DNA of 64,000 nucleotides from an uncultured Spirochaetota bacterium (GTDB lineage Bacteria > Spirochaetota > Spirochaetia > SZUA-6 > Fen-1364), in contig CAWGAA010000002.1 in assembly GCA_963820525.1 (NCBI GenBank), forward strand, positions 64,001 through 128,000, in the 5' to 3' direction. The translations under genes and the position numbers were made by a program. This document shows, in pieces, positions 38,994 to 49,263 of the stretch. The first letter of the stretch is position 1. Every line of letters begins with the position of its first letter. The notes under the pieces are model-generated. The model saw only the letters and a program-made list of their open reading frames with translations. It did not search any database and had not been told where the DNA came from.

Positions 38994-39821
38994 TCACTCG
39001 GGGCCTATCGTGGTCCCTCTGTAGCTTTTTCCTTCAAGGATGGCCGTGAGGTTCTCCAGGTCGCGGCCTTCGGCCACTATGACGCGGATATGGGCCTCCT
39101 CGGCCGCGCGGGCGGCCACGGGATCGAAGGGGGCGTTCTTGCCCGGCACCCATTCCCCGCCGACGATCTTCTTGAACTCGCCCCACGAGATTTTGTCCAG
39201 CGGCTTTGCCGCAGGGTTCTTCCTCGGATCATCCGAATAGACGCGCGGCACATTGGAGAGGTTCACCACCGTATCCGCGGAGAAGCGCTGGGCAAGAACG
39301 ACGGCGTCGTAATCCGTGGAGAATCCCGGCTTCCACCCCGCGGCAACCATGACGCGACCCGCGAAGACCGCCACCGCCGTGGGGTCCGTCACCAGGTCCT
39401 CAAGGCACCACTGCCTGAATATCCGCCTCACAAGCTCGCCGTTCACGCGTGTGGCGGCGATGCCGATCCAGTCCAGCTCGTCGTTGGGGGCGGAACCCAC
39501 CACCTCGCGGTACGCGTTTTGATACTCCCGCGCCAAGCTTCCCCCGCCGCAGACCATGATGAGCTTGCGCTTCTCGTCGCGGGCGAGGTGCTCCACCGCG
39601 CATTTCCTGAATCCCGCCAGGAAGGATGCGTCGACGCGCGGGGCGGTGGCGGTGCCAGCGCCCGGCGACGCGGAGCCGGCGGTCGTGGTGGTTCCAGCGC
39701 CCGCTGACGCGGAGCCGGCGTTCGCGGCGGTCCCCGCGAGGGGAGAGCCCCCGGCGTCTCTGGCCGCCGGCGCGGGGGCGATGAGCGATCCGCCCAGAGA
39801 AATGACGGTTACGTTCGCCAT
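38994..39821 (-). CDS. pyrH: UMP kinase, archaeal type, with low-complexity insertion
   Basis: VISLGGS, VCGGG..AREY, DWIGIAAT, PGFSTD, VYSDDPRKNP, GTTI. Confidence 0.92.
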   Translation of the reverse strand: MANVTVISLGGSLIAPAPAARDAGGSPLAGTAANAGSASAGAGTTTTAGSASPGAGTATAPRVDASFLAGFRKCAVEHLARDEKRKLIMVCGGGSLAREYQNAYREVVGSAPNDELDWIGIAATRVNGELVRRIFRQWCLEDLVTDPTAVAVFAGRVMVAAGWKPGFSTDYDAVVLAQRFSADTVVNLSNVPRVYSDDPRKNPAAKPLDKISWGEFKKIVGGEWVPGKNAPFDPVAARAAEEAHIRVIVAEGRDLENLTAILEGKSYRGTTIGPE

Positions 39822-39906
39822 GGATCGACTATAGATGATTTCTTCCGGGCATTCCAGCGCCGGAGCCTCGCCACCCTCCGTTCTCGGATCGATTTTGATA
39901 CTCGGG

Positions 39907-39934
39907 TTGACATCCCGAGGGCGCGGGATATAAT
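39907..39934 (+). promoter_or_regulatory. Consensus sigma70 promoter for the surface-protein locus
   Basis: TTGACA-16-TATAAT. Confidence 0.75.
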
Positions 39935-39999
39935 GATAGGTACAATCAAACGTCGAATACGTCATTGAAGATCGTTCAGGATTGAAAAAGGAGCGTTCT

Positions 40000-42045
40000 A
40001 TGAAGTTGAAAGTCGGCGTCTTCGTCGTGCTCGTCCTGTTTCCAGCATTTCTTTGGTCCCAGTCGGTTGCCCCATTCTCCATCAGCGTCACGCCTTCAGC
40101 CCTCATTCCCATGGGCCCGCTGAACACGGACGGCAGCGCCCTCTATTCGATCGGCGGTTCTGCAACCATCGACGGGGACTTCATCGTCCCCGGCCTGCAG
40201 TTCCTCCTGGCTCGGGGAACCTTCGATTACTCCTACGTTCCCATCGCCGGAATCCAGTCTCAGCTCTCGATTCTCTCACTCGGGGTCGGACCCGGCGTGC
40301 GCTTCACGCTTTTCCCCCGTTTCGAGGTCAGGCTCGGCGGCTACGGCGGTTATTCGCTCCTGGTGCGGCCGACGCTTATCGGGTGGAACCCGTGCTTCGG
40401 GGCCGAGTTGTCGGCATCCTATGCGCTTGCGCAAAACTTCACGCTCGGGGCCGGCGCCTCCTACCGCTACGTTGTGAATACATTCAACGGCTTCGGCCTC
40501 TCGATAACCGCCTCCATCGGGTTCGGGCAGGGCCCCCAGAAGCCGAACATGAAGTTCAAATGGGATTTCGATCCGGTCTTCCCCGTCTTCTACAAGTACT
40601 ACGACGACCATGCGGCCGGCCGCCTCATCATGGAGAACGGCGAAAGCGGGACCATCAGGGGGGTGAAGGTGAGCTTCCTGGTCCCCCAATACATGGCCGG
40701 GCCCAAGGAATGCGCCTCTTTCAGCGAGATGCAGGCGGGGGAGAAGAAGGACGTGCCGATTTACGCCCTTTTCACGGACGCTATCATCGGGATCACGGAA
40801 GATACCAAGGTCAACGCGCGCTTTATGGTGGAGTACTCCTACATGGACGCGAGCCTCAACGGCGAAACCGACCTGTCGCTGCCCATCTTCAACCGCAATG
40901 CCATGAGCTGGGATGACGACCGCAAGGCAGCGGCGTTCGTGACCTCCAAGGATCCTTCGCTGCTGAAGTTCTCCAAGGCGGTGGCAAGCCAGGCGCGGGA
41001 CGGGAGCGCAGCCATCAATGCCAAGTTCCGCGAGGCGATGGGGTTGTTCCAGGCCCTCGGAGTCTACGGAGTACGTTATGTCTCGGATCCAGCCTCATCC
41101 TACGCTGTGAACTCGAAGAACAAGAGCGTCATCGACTATCTTCAATTTCCCACCCAGACCCTCACTTACAAGGCGGGAGACTGCGACGACCTTTCCATCC
41201 TCTACGCTGCCATGAACGAGGCCGTGGGCACGGAAACGGCGTTCATCACCATTCCCGGCCATATCTTTATCGCCTTCTGTCCCGACATCGATCCCAGCGA
41301 CATACGGACCAGCTTCGCGCGCCCGGACGACTTCATCGTGAAGAACGACAAGTCGTGGATTCCCATTGAGATCACCATGATCCAGGACGGTTTTCTTTCA
41401 GCCTGGAAAGCGGGAATCAAGGAGTGGCGGGAAGCGAACGACGCGGGCCAGGCGGGCTTCTTTCCCACCGAAGAGTCCTGGAAGCTGTACGGATCTGCCC
41501 CCTTCATCGGCGTGGAATCGATGTCCGAAGGCCTGAAGGCGGATGAGACGGTGAAGGCCTTCTCCCAGGAGCTCTCCCGATTCATCGAGGGGGAGATCAA
41601 GTCGCGGGAATCCGCGTTGAAAATCGAGATCGCGGCGAAAAAGAACGATCCGAGGCCGCTCAACAGCCTGGGCGTCCTCTATGCCCGTTACGGCCTCTAC
41701 GACAAGGCCGAAGCGGAGCTCTCGAAAGCGGCCAAGATGGACTATACCCCGGCGCTCGTGAACCTGGGGAATCTCGCCCTCCTTTCCCACGATCCGAGGA
41801 AAGCCCGCGCGTATCTGGAGCGCGCATATGAGAAGGAACCCAATAGCGTCGCCGTCATCGTGGGGCTGGCGAAGGTCCGCTACGAAGAAGAGAACGTCGA
41901 GGCCGTGCAGAGCCTCTACGATAAATTGAAGGCGCTCGACACGAAAACCGCCGTGAAGTTCTCGTACCTGGTCTCCAAGTCGAGCGAGCAAGCCCGCGCC
42001 TCCAGTGCCGATGCGGGCCCGGTTGTCTGGAGCGAGATCCAATAG
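40000..42045 (+). CDS. Secreted protein: beta-barrel-like N-domain, transglutaminase-like domain, TPR
   Basis: Signal peptide; alternating aromatic beta-strands over the first ~180 aa; GDCDDL...PGHIF...WIPIEIT; TPR NSLGVLYA and ALVNLGNL. Confidence 0.75.
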   Translation: MKLKVGVFVVLVLFPAFLWSQSVAPFSISVTPSALIPMGPLNTDGSALYSIGGSATIDGDFIVPGLQFLLARGTFDYSYVPIAGIQSQLSILSLGVGPGVRFTLFPRFEVRLGGYGGYSLLVRPTLIGWNPCFGAELSASYALAQNFTLGAGASYRYVVNTFNGFGLSITASIGFGQGPQKPNMKFKWDFDPVFPVFYKYYDDHAAGRLIMENGESGTIRGVKVSFLVPQYMAGPKECASFSEMQAGEKKDVPIYALFTDAIIGITEDTKVNARFMVEYSYMDASLNGETDLSLPIFNRNAMSWDDDRKAAAFVTSKDPSLLKFSKAVASQARDGSAAINAKFREAMGLFQALGVYGVRYVSDPASSYAVNSKNKSVIDYLQFPTQTLTYKAGDCDDLSILYAAMNEAVGTETAFITIPGHIFIAFCPDIDPSDIRTSFARPDDFIVKNDKSWIPIEITMIQDGFLSAWKAGIKEWREANDAGQAGFFPTEESWKLYGSAPFIGVESMSEGLKADETVKAFSQELSRFIEGEIKSRESALKIEIAAKKNDPRPLNSLGVLYARYGLYDKAEAELSKAAKMDYTPALVNLGNLALLSHDPRKARAYLERAYEKEPNSVAVIVGLAKVRYEEENVEAVQSLYDKLKALDTKTAVKFSYLVSKSSEQARASSADAGPVVWSEIQ

Positions 42046-42061
42046 AAAAAGAGGCAGACAG

Positions 42062-45000
42062 ATGAGCATATCGAGCGGAATGCGACGGTTTGCGTGCGCA
42101 GCCCTTGGCGCGGCGCTCCTTTTCGGGTTCGGTTCCTGTTCCATGGACATCCTCAACGATATCAAAAAAGAGATTGAAGGATCCAAGGAGACCGAGAAGC
42201 CCAAGATCACGAGCTTCAACCGTACAAGCCCAGCCGTTACCAACAATACAGTGGTCCAGTTCTCTCTGGCGGGTTCCGTGAACATTAAATACTGGCTCGT
42301 TAATGAAAGCTCCACCGCCCCGGATAAAGGCGACAGCGGGTGGGTAACCACGGCGCCCTCCGGCTATACGCTATCCGCCACGCCGCAGGGGCCCCGAAAC
42401 GTCTTCGCCTGGGCCAAGACATCGAGCGGCTTGGTGAGCGAGCCCTTTACGCCAATCACCGTGACGTTGGATACGGTGAAGCCGATTATTGATACCTTTA
42501 CCCGGACAAGCGCGTCTCCCACAATCTATCCGAACGTGACCTTCGATCTTTCCAGTACCAGCAGCAGCGATATCTGGAAGTGGATGCTCAATGAGAGCGC
42601 GACTGCTCCTTTGCCGGGCGACAGCGGGTGGCTTTCGACCAAGCCGACATCGTACAATTTGTCCTCGCCCGAAACATCGGGAACCCGAATGATTTACGCG
42701 TGGGCCCGCGACGAGGCGGGAAACGTAAGCGACTCTAAATCCATCAGCGTCGTGTACAACGCCGTGGCGGAGCTGCCCGTAATCGACGCGTTTACGCTGA
42801 CGAGCGCCGATCCCACCAACTTGCTGACGGTGACATTCTCCCTTTCCGGAAACTCGTACGTGACAAACTGGCTGGTCAACGAGTCCTCGAGCGCTCCGAG
42901 CCCGACCGGCGGCGGGTGGACGGCAAACGCGACCCCGCCAACGAGCTATATCCTTGCGGCGGGGGAAGGCGCTCGAACGATCTATGCATGGGCGAAGAAC
43001 GCCTCGAACGTCGTGAGCACTTCGCGGTCCATCACTCTCACGCTGGATACCGTGCTTCCGACGATAGACAGCTTTACCCGAACAAGTGCCTCTCCCACAA
43101 GCGATCCGAACGTGACTTTCACGCTTTCCGGAAGCAGCGACGTCTGGAAGTGGATGCTCAATGAGAGCGCGACTGCTCCTTTGCCGGGCGACAGCGGGTG
43201 GCTTTCGACCAAACCGACGACGTATGGGTTGAGCGGGGGATCGGGAACCCGAACGATTTACGCCTGGGCCCGCGACGAGGCGGGAAACGTAAGCGTGTCG
43301 AAATCGATCAGCGTCGTGTACAACGCCATAGCTGAACTGCCCGTAATCAACGCGTTTGCGCTGACGAGCGCCGATCCCACCAACTCGACGACGGTGACAT
43401 TCACTCTTTCCGGAAACTCGTACGTGACAAACTGGCTGGTCAACGAGTCCTCGAGCGTTCCGAGCGCGACGGGCGGCGGCTGGACGGCAAACGCGACCCC
43501 GCCAACGAGCTATATCCTTGCGGCGGGGGAAGGTGCTCGAACTATCTATGCATGGGCGAAGAACGCCTCGAACGTCGTGAGCACTTCGCGGTCCATCACT
43601 CTCACGCTGGACACGGTGAAGCCGACGGTATCCAGTTTTGCGCTCACCAGCGCCTATCATACCGATAACAGGAACATCACTATCAGCCTGGCGGGAAGCG
43701 ATGCTACGAGCGGCATCAGCGGGTGGCTCCGTAATGAGAGTCCTTCCACGCCGGGATTGGGAGATGCGGGCTGGAGCGGCAGCGGGACGCCTCCAACAAC
43801 GTACCAGGTTTCGGCAGGTGTGGGCTTGAAGACTGTCTATGCCTGGGCGCGGGATGCCGCGGGGAACATCAGCGATTCATTCGCGCCGATTGAAGTGGAT
43901 CTGCGGGAAACGCCGGTCGGAACGCTGTCCGGAGGCACCACACGGGTCGGTCATGAACGGATTGTCATAACTTTCAACGACGACATGGCTTTAGCCAAAT
44001 TGAATATAGGAGGCGATATCGGGACGCCCGCAATAAAGGATATGCCTGATAGCAAGACTTTGACCTTGGATCCGGATCCCGTCTGGCCCAAGGGAAGCGT
44101 GAAAACGCTCACAATCACAGGCAAGTCGGCTCTTGATATTGATATGACGCCTTTCAGCGCGAGCTTCACGATCGATCACCGCATCTACGTTCGGGATGAT
44201 TATAACGGCTCCAATGGATATGTGGGATCGGCTTCGGCACCTAAGACGAAAATCTCAGATGCCATTACGGTTGCATCGACTTCTTATGTTCCAACATACG
44301 CGGTTGACATCTTGGTAACCGAGGGTACGTATTCTTCCGATTTCAAAGGAACCGGCAGTCCTGTCGCATCACTCGTCGAGAAAGCATCAATATATGGTGG
44401 ATATGTGAAGACTTCCAATTGGAGTACTCGCGATCCTCAAAATAATCCTACCATATTTCAGGACAGCAGTACCACGAGCGCAACCAGCCTGGCAAGTGCT
44501 AATCGGGCGATTCATTGCGGATCGGGAATCACTACAGCAACGATCATTGACGGCTGTAAAATTCAGGCAGCTGCAAGCGGACAATACTGCGCGGCCGTAG
44601 TGTGCGATGGAGGTTCGCCTCTCTTGAAGAATTGCACTATCCTTGGCGGCCCGACTTCTACCGCAAGCAATTCTTTTGGAGTGCTGTCGATCAACTCTGC
44701 CGCACCGGAAATTGCCAATTGCACAATTGATGGCGGTACCGGAACAATATCGAGGGGGATTTACGCATATTCTTCATCCTCACCGTACATCCATGGCAAT
44801 ACGATATCCGGCGGCGAAGGTTCCTCAAAGAACTATTCCATCGGAATAGAAAACGAAACCTCTTCCGCCCCGAGGATATTCGGGAATAGTATCCGGGCGG
44901 GGACGACCGCATATATCTCCTTGGGGATCAGGAATAAAGGCTCTTCAGCCCCCAAAATCTACAACAACACAATCAGCGGCGGATTAGGTGGCAATTCCTT

Positions 45001-45547
45001 TGATTCGGGAACAGCATCTGGCATCTATAATGACGCCTCGTCTCCGGATATCTGCAATAATTCCATCGATGGAGGATTGACTTCCAGCGCCTACACTCCT
45101 TTACCAAGGCCGTGCGGGATATATAATGCCAATTCGTCGAAGCCTACGATCAAGAACAACATCATTTTTACTCGAAGCGGTCCATATGGCTGGGGGATAT
45201 ACGAGAAAGGCGTAAACGACGACCCTGCCTCAGTTCAAAACAACGATATTTTCGCGTGCGGTAATGGGCTTTATTATGATGAGGGCACTACCGCCAAGAC
45301 AATTGATGAAGTTAATGCACTTGGCGCCGGCTATAGTGGAAATCAAAGTCTAGATGCTAAATTTGCTAATCAGTCCGGATACGACTGGCATCTGACAACT
45401 ACCACCCCAACCGAGGTTCATGAAGGAGGTCTGGATCTCTCAGGCTTGTCAGATTTTCCGAAAAATGCGGGCGGGCAATGCACGGATATCACCGGCACTG
45501 CCGCACGCACAAGCCCATGGTCCATGGGCGCGTATGAGTATGATTGA
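42062..45547 (+). CDS. Large surface lipoprotein with six Ig-like repeats and a right-handed beta-helix
   Basis: Lipobox FGFGSC; repeats W.VNES...GW...IYAWA.D.AGNVS; I.NNTI.GG beta-helix repeats; ends SMGAYEYD. Confidence 0.88.
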   Translation: MSISSGMRRFACAALGAALLFGFGSCSMDILNDIKKEIEGSKETEKPKITSFNRTSPAVTNNTVVQFSLAGSVNIKYWLVNESSTAPDKGDSGWVTTAPSGYTLSATPQGPRNVFAWAKTSSGLVSEPFTPITVTLDTVKPIIDTFTRTSASPTIYPNVTFDLSSTSSSDIWKWMLNESATAPLPGDSGWLSTKPTSYNLSSPETSGTRMIYAWARDEAGNVSDSKSISVVYNAVAELPVIDAFTLTSADPTNLLTVTFSLSGNSYVTNWLVNESSSAPSPTGGGWTANATPPTSYILAAGEGARTIYAWAKNASNVVSTSRSITLTLDTVLPTIDSFTRTSASPTSDPNVTFTLSGSSDVWKWMLNESATAPLPGDSGWLSTKPTTYGLSGGSGTRTIYAWARDEAGNVSVSKSISVVYNAIAELPVINAFALTSADPTNSTTVTFTLSGNSYVTNWLVNESSSVPSATGGGWTANATPPTSYILAAGEGARTIYAWAKNASNVVSTSRSITLTLDTVKPTVSSFALTSAYHTDNRNITISLAGSDATSGISGWLRNESPSTPGLGDAGWSGSGTPPTTYQVSAGVGLKTVYAWARDAAGNISDSFAPIEVDLRETPVGTLSGGTTRVGHERIVITFNDDMALAKLNIGGDIGTPAIKDMPDSKTLTLDPDPVWPKGSVKTLTITGKSALDIDMTPFSASFTIDHRIYVRDDYNGSNGYVGSASAPKTKISDAITVASTSYVPTYAVDILVTEGTYSSDFKGTGSPVASLVEKASIYGGYVKTSNWSTRDPQNNPTIFQDSSTTSATSLASANRAIHCGSGITTATIIDGCKIQAAASGQYCAAVVCDGGSPLLKNCTILGGPTSTASNSFGVLSINSAAPEIANCTIDGGTGTISRGIYAYSSSSPYIHGNTISGGEGSSKNYSIGIENETSSAPRIFGNSIRAGTTAYISLGIRNKGSSAPKIYNNTISGGLGGNSFDSGTASGIYNDASSPDICNNSIDGGLTSSAYTPLPRPCGIYNANSSKPTIKNNIIFTRSGPYGWGIYEKGVNDDPASVQNNDIFACGNGLYYDEGTTAKTIDEVNALGAGYSGNQSLDAKFANQSGYDWHLTTTTPTEVHEGGLDLSGLSDFPKNAGGQCTDITGTAARTSPWSMGAYEYD
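42480..43615 (+). repeat. Intragenic tandem duplication, period ~564-570 bp
   Basis: GTCGTGTACAACGCC at 42749 and 43313; AAGTGGATGCTCAATGAGAGC at 42578 and 43148. Confidence 0.92.
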
Positions 45548-45570
45548 GAATCGAGCAAAAGGAGGCAGGT

Positions 45571-47706
45571 ATGCCGCGTGTCGGAGAGGAGATTTTTGAA
45601 TTTTCCCTAAACGATATTTCCGGCGCAAATTTCGATTTTCTGAAGACGAACACCGACCTGAGTGGCAAGACTATTATCCTTTCCTTTATCGACATCGTCT
45701 CGCCTAGGGACTGGTGGTGGCTAAAGTGGTTGGAAGAAAATGTTCCAGGAGATTCGAATCTCAAGAAGATCTCGGTCATCTATAACCCCAGCGGAGCGCA
45801 AGACCTGAATTGGCCAACAACTCCTCCCCCCTTTCCAAGCACTTACGGTCCGACCGTTGATTCGACGTGGATCGATGCAAAGCGAATTCATTATGCTGTT
45901 GATCCAGCAGATGGAAATTCGATTTGGCTATTAATCCCTGACGGCAGCGGAACACCCGCGTCGGACTATGTAGGAGGTTTTGGCGCTGCCTTGAAATCCC
46001 CAGGAATTTTCCTTATCCGTCCCAACGATTTCAAATTGACCGATACCATTCATTTTGATAGTGCCGATAATGGCAGCGGGGCAGTAGGAAGTTCAATGAG
46101 TTTGAACGATCTAATCGTATTCAATTGGGCAAATGTCTCCGATCCTGGTGGAACTGCACCTGAAGGAATGTCTCTTAATGACTATAGAAAGCTGGATAAG
46201 ATCCTCCGTTTCATTGTCAAGCGTAGGAACGACCTTTTGAATACGAGCAGGATCGTTCAAGTCAGCAGTCCGAACGTCACCAATGGCAACGCGTGGGTCA
46301 CGGACGGTACCGTTCTCACTTTTTCTTTCCATTCGAAAGATGGATTGAACTATATTCCCAAGAAAGCCATTGGAGCGTGGGACACAGAACACTATCTGCT
46401 GGGTACAGAATCCGGCAATTTCCAATTGGTTTCACCTTCGCAACTCAATGTGAGTGACTATTTAAATGAAACAGGCGGGGCCGAAACGAAAAGTGTCACC
46501 TTGAATAGCGATATCTCAGATCACGTGGGCCAGACGCCGGCCTTTTCTCCGGATGCTACTTCTATCCTCGATTCTACAGGACAAGCATTCGCGTTTGAAA
46601 CTTCTGCGCCGACTTTCGAGGTGCTTGATGACCAGCCGGTTCTTTACTTCAGGGACAATCTTGATGTTGATAAGGGATATCCGCATAACGGCGCGCTTTC
46701 CTGCAGCCCTGACATTATCTTGAATGGTGATTCGCAGTTGGCGAATCCGCAGATTTTGGAGGATCCCAATTATACCCTTTATGTGCCTGCCGAATATGGA
46801 TCCGACAACTATCTCTATTTGCGAGCCTTCAATCGGGGCGCGGCCCCTACCGGCGCAGGCGACTTCAAAGGCACCGTCTACTGGGCTGATGGAAGCACTT
46901 TGAGCACACCTGCAGATTGGCATTTGATAGGCTCAGCAGATTTCGGCGTGATTGAGGCAGCGAGAGAGCAAATCAGGGTCGCTCCGGTAATCACATGGAA
47001 TCACGCGGATATTTCGCCGGTGGGTCACCATTGCTCCATTGGCACAATAGTCAATACCCTGGCGGGTGAAACTCCCGATTCTTTCAAGAATTCTCTGACG
47101 ATCACTACTATCGATGAATACTATAGCCTCGTCCATAGCGAACACAGGGTAACATGGCGCAATTTCAATGTCATCAACGACGACCCTGATTCTCCACCCC
47201 CCGTGCCTCCGCAACCCGCGCCGAACCCCCTTCCCGAGCATCGCCAGCTTCCATTTTTCTTCCCCGGCCTTCCCGGCAAGAACGCGAAATTCCAGCTCCA
47301 GGTGATCCAACGGCTGCCGTTCGACGTGCCGATTCAGATCGATCTCTCGGACGATATGCTCAAGCAGATGCCGGGGTGGCAGGACATGAAGCACAAGAAG
47401 ATCGACAAACAGGCAAGGTTCGAGGCCAAATCAAAAGAGGTCAAGCTATTCCCGAAGGTGCATGAGCTTTCATCCTTCAAAAAGAAACCGATTGTGTGGA
47501 TCCAGGTGCCAAGAATAAAGAAGCCTTATAAAGGCATGTATTCTCTTGTCGTTCGACAGCTTTGGGAAGGGAAAGAGGTGGGAAGGATAACGTGGGTTTT
47601 CAAGTCTTCAAAAGGGAATGTCCTTCCCGGATACCATAAGATGTATCGGTGGCAAGAGGCGATGCTAGCAAAGAAGCAGAAGATGGGGGGGAAGAAAGCC
47701 AAGTAG
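45571..47706 (+). CDS. Hypothetical multidomain protein (Cys-less redoxin-like N-terminus; peptidase-associated-type beta C-terminus)
   Basis: GGAGG RBS; FSLNDISG...LSGKTIILSF; YFRDNL.D.G..P...SPDI, YLRAFNRG, WRNFNV. Confidence 0.7.
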   Translation: MPRVGEEIFEFSLNDISGANFDFLKTNTDLSGKTIILSFIDIVSPRDWWWLKWLEENVPGDSNLKKISVIYNPSGAQDLNWPTTPPPFPSTYGPTVDSTWIDAKRIHYAVDPADGNSIWLLIPDGSGTPASDYVGGFGAALKSPGIFLIRPNDFKLTDTIHFDSADNGSGAVGSSMSLNDLIVFNWANVSDPGGTAPEGMSLNDYRKLDKILRFIVKRRNDLLNTSRIVQVSSPNVTNGNAWVTDGTVLTFSFHSKDGLNYIPKKAIGAWDTEHYLLGTESGNFQLVSPSQLNVSDYLNETGGAETKSVTLNSDISDHVGQTPAFSPDATSILDSTGQAFAFETSAPTFEVLDDQPVLYFRDNLDVDKGYPHNGALSCSPDIILNGDSQLANPQILEDPNYTLYVPAEYGSDNYLYLRAFNRGAAPTGAGDFKGTVYWADGSTLSTPADWHLIGSADFGVIEAAREQIRVAPVITWNHADISPVGHHCSIGTIVNTLAGETPDSFKNSLTITTIDEYYSLVHSEHRVTWRNFNVINDDPDSPPPVPPQPAPNPLPEHRQLPFFFPGLPGKNAKFQLQVIQRLPFDVPIQIDLSDDMLKQMPGWQDMKHKKIDKQARFEAKSKEVKLFPKVHELSSFKKKPIVWIQVPRIKKPYKGMYSLVVRQLWEGKEVGRITWVFKSSKGNVLPGYHKMYRWQEAMLAKKQKMGGKKAK

Positions 47707-47731
47707 GCAAGGAGAACGCCAAGAGGTAACA

Positions 47732-48190
47732 GTGATGAAGAGGACATCATCCGGCGGGAGGGGTTCAAAGAGCCCCTCCCGTACGCTTCGGCTCACTTTC
47801 TCCTATGAAGGGAGCAATGTTCGGCTTGTCTCCCGGCAAAGCGTGGAGATGATCCCTCCCCAAGGGGATGCTGCAGCCACGCGTCAAGGGCAGGCGGGCT
47901 TCTGGTACGAGGTGAGGGACGAAAAAGACAATACGCTGTTCCGGCGGATTGTCCAGAACCCTATCCGCTTTGCGGCTGAAATCCGTTCGGAAGATCCCGA
48001 ACGGCCGCTGTCCTGGCAGGATGTGAGCGAGCCGCGAGGCGAGTTCGTCCTCCTAATGCCAGATCTCGACACCGCGCGCGTTCTCGTGCTGTTCGGCAGC
48101 CCGATGGAACGCGGAGCCCCACTTGGTCCCGCGAAAGAGATCGCCCGCTTCGACCTATCTCAGGGGCCAGCGGCTCAGGAGCTTTCCTGA
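47732..48190 (+). CDS. Hypothetical protein coupled to the M64 peptidase
   Basis: Stop overlaps the next ATG (TGATG); LRLTFSYEG, GFWYEVRD. Confidence 0.75.
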   Translation: MMKRTSSGGRGSKSPSRTLRLTFSYEGSNVRLVSRQSVEMIPPQGDAAATRQGQAGFWYEVRDEKDNTLFRRIVQNPIRFAAEIRSEDPERPLSWQDVSEPRGEFVLLMPDLDTARVLVLFGSPMERGAPLGPAKEIARFDLSQGPAAQELS

Positions 48191-49245
48191 TGGGCACGGC
48201 GGATGGACAGGTAATCGGAACGACGAAAATCGTCGATCATGGCTCGCCCGCCGATCGTTTCAACCTCGTGATTGTCTCCGAAGGGTATCAACAGGGCGAG
48301 ATGGGTCAGTTCGCAAGCGATGCCCGGAAGTTCGTGGACCGCCTATTTTCCACACTACCGTTCGACGAGCTTCAATGCGCTCTCAATGTCTACCGCGTGG
48401 ACGTGAGCTCGACCGACAGCGGCGCGGACGATCCCGCGGCGTGCGGCGGCGCCGACACGCATGCTTCCACCTACTTCGACGCCTCTTTCTGCAACAGCGG
48501 CATCCGCCGATTGCTGCTCGTGAACACCTCTTCCGTTCGAACCGTCATCGATGCCCAGGTACCGCAATGGCATCAGGCCCTCGTGATCGTCAACAGCCCC
48601 GTGTGGGGCGGCGCCGGCGGGTCCGTCGGCACAACGTCGACGGCCGCAGGCTGGGAAAACATCGCGATCCATGAGATGGGACACACCGTGTTCGGCCTGG
48701 CGGACGAGTACGAGTACTGGGCCGGCTGCGGGGTCGATACGGACCGCAACTCCTATCCGGGCGGCGAGCCGGCGGAACCCAACGTGACGATCGACAGCAA
48801 CCGCGCTTCCATGAAGTGGGGTGATCTTGTCTCGGCCGCAACCCCAATGCCCACGACTTCGAATGGGGACTGCTCGAAATGCGATCCGCAAGCCAATCCG
48901 GTAGTGGCGGGCACGGTGGGGGTCTTTGAAGGCGCCCGTTACTACCATTGCGGGATCTATCGTCCGGAATTCGATTGCATGATGCGCAACCTCAAGCCTT
49001 TTTGCGCCGTATGCAGGAAGAGGATCCGCGAGACGCTTTCACCGTACACGGCGAAATGCTATGCCCCGGTCTTTGAGGGCTCACACGGGCTGGAGTGCCT
49101 GGCAAAAATCATCATCTACGCTCTCGCTATTGCGATTCTATCGCTTTTTGCCTGGATTCCCGGCGCTCAATGCATCATCAAGGGTCTGCAATTCCGGATC
49201 AGGAATTGCTGCAAAGGAAATAGCCAGCGCTGCATTGAGCTGTGA
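48190..49245 (+). CDS. M64-family (IgA-peptidase-like) zinc metallopeptidase with C-terminal TM
   Basis: NLVIVSEGY, HEMGHTVFGLADEY, EPNVT, FEGA.Y...GIYRP..DCMMR...FCAVC. Confidence 0.9.
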   Translation: MGTADGQVIGTTKIVDHGSPADRFNLVIVSEGYQQGEMGQFASDARKFVDRLFSTLPFDELQCALNVYRVDVSSTDSGADDPAACGGADTHASTYFDASFCNSGIRRLLLVNTSSVRTVIDAQVPQWHQALVIVNSPVWGGAGGSVGTTSTAAGWENIAIHEMGHTVFGLADEYEYWAGCGVDTDRNSYPGGEPAEPNVTIDSNRASMKWGDLVSAATPMPTTSNGDCSKCDPQANPVVAGTVGVFEGARYYHCGIYRPEFDCMMRNLKPFCAVCRKRIRETLSPYTAKCYAPVFEGSHGLECLAKIIIYALAIAILSLFAWIPGAQCIIKGLQFRIRNCCKGNSQRCIEL

Positions 49246-49263
49246 GAATGTATCGGGGGGGCA

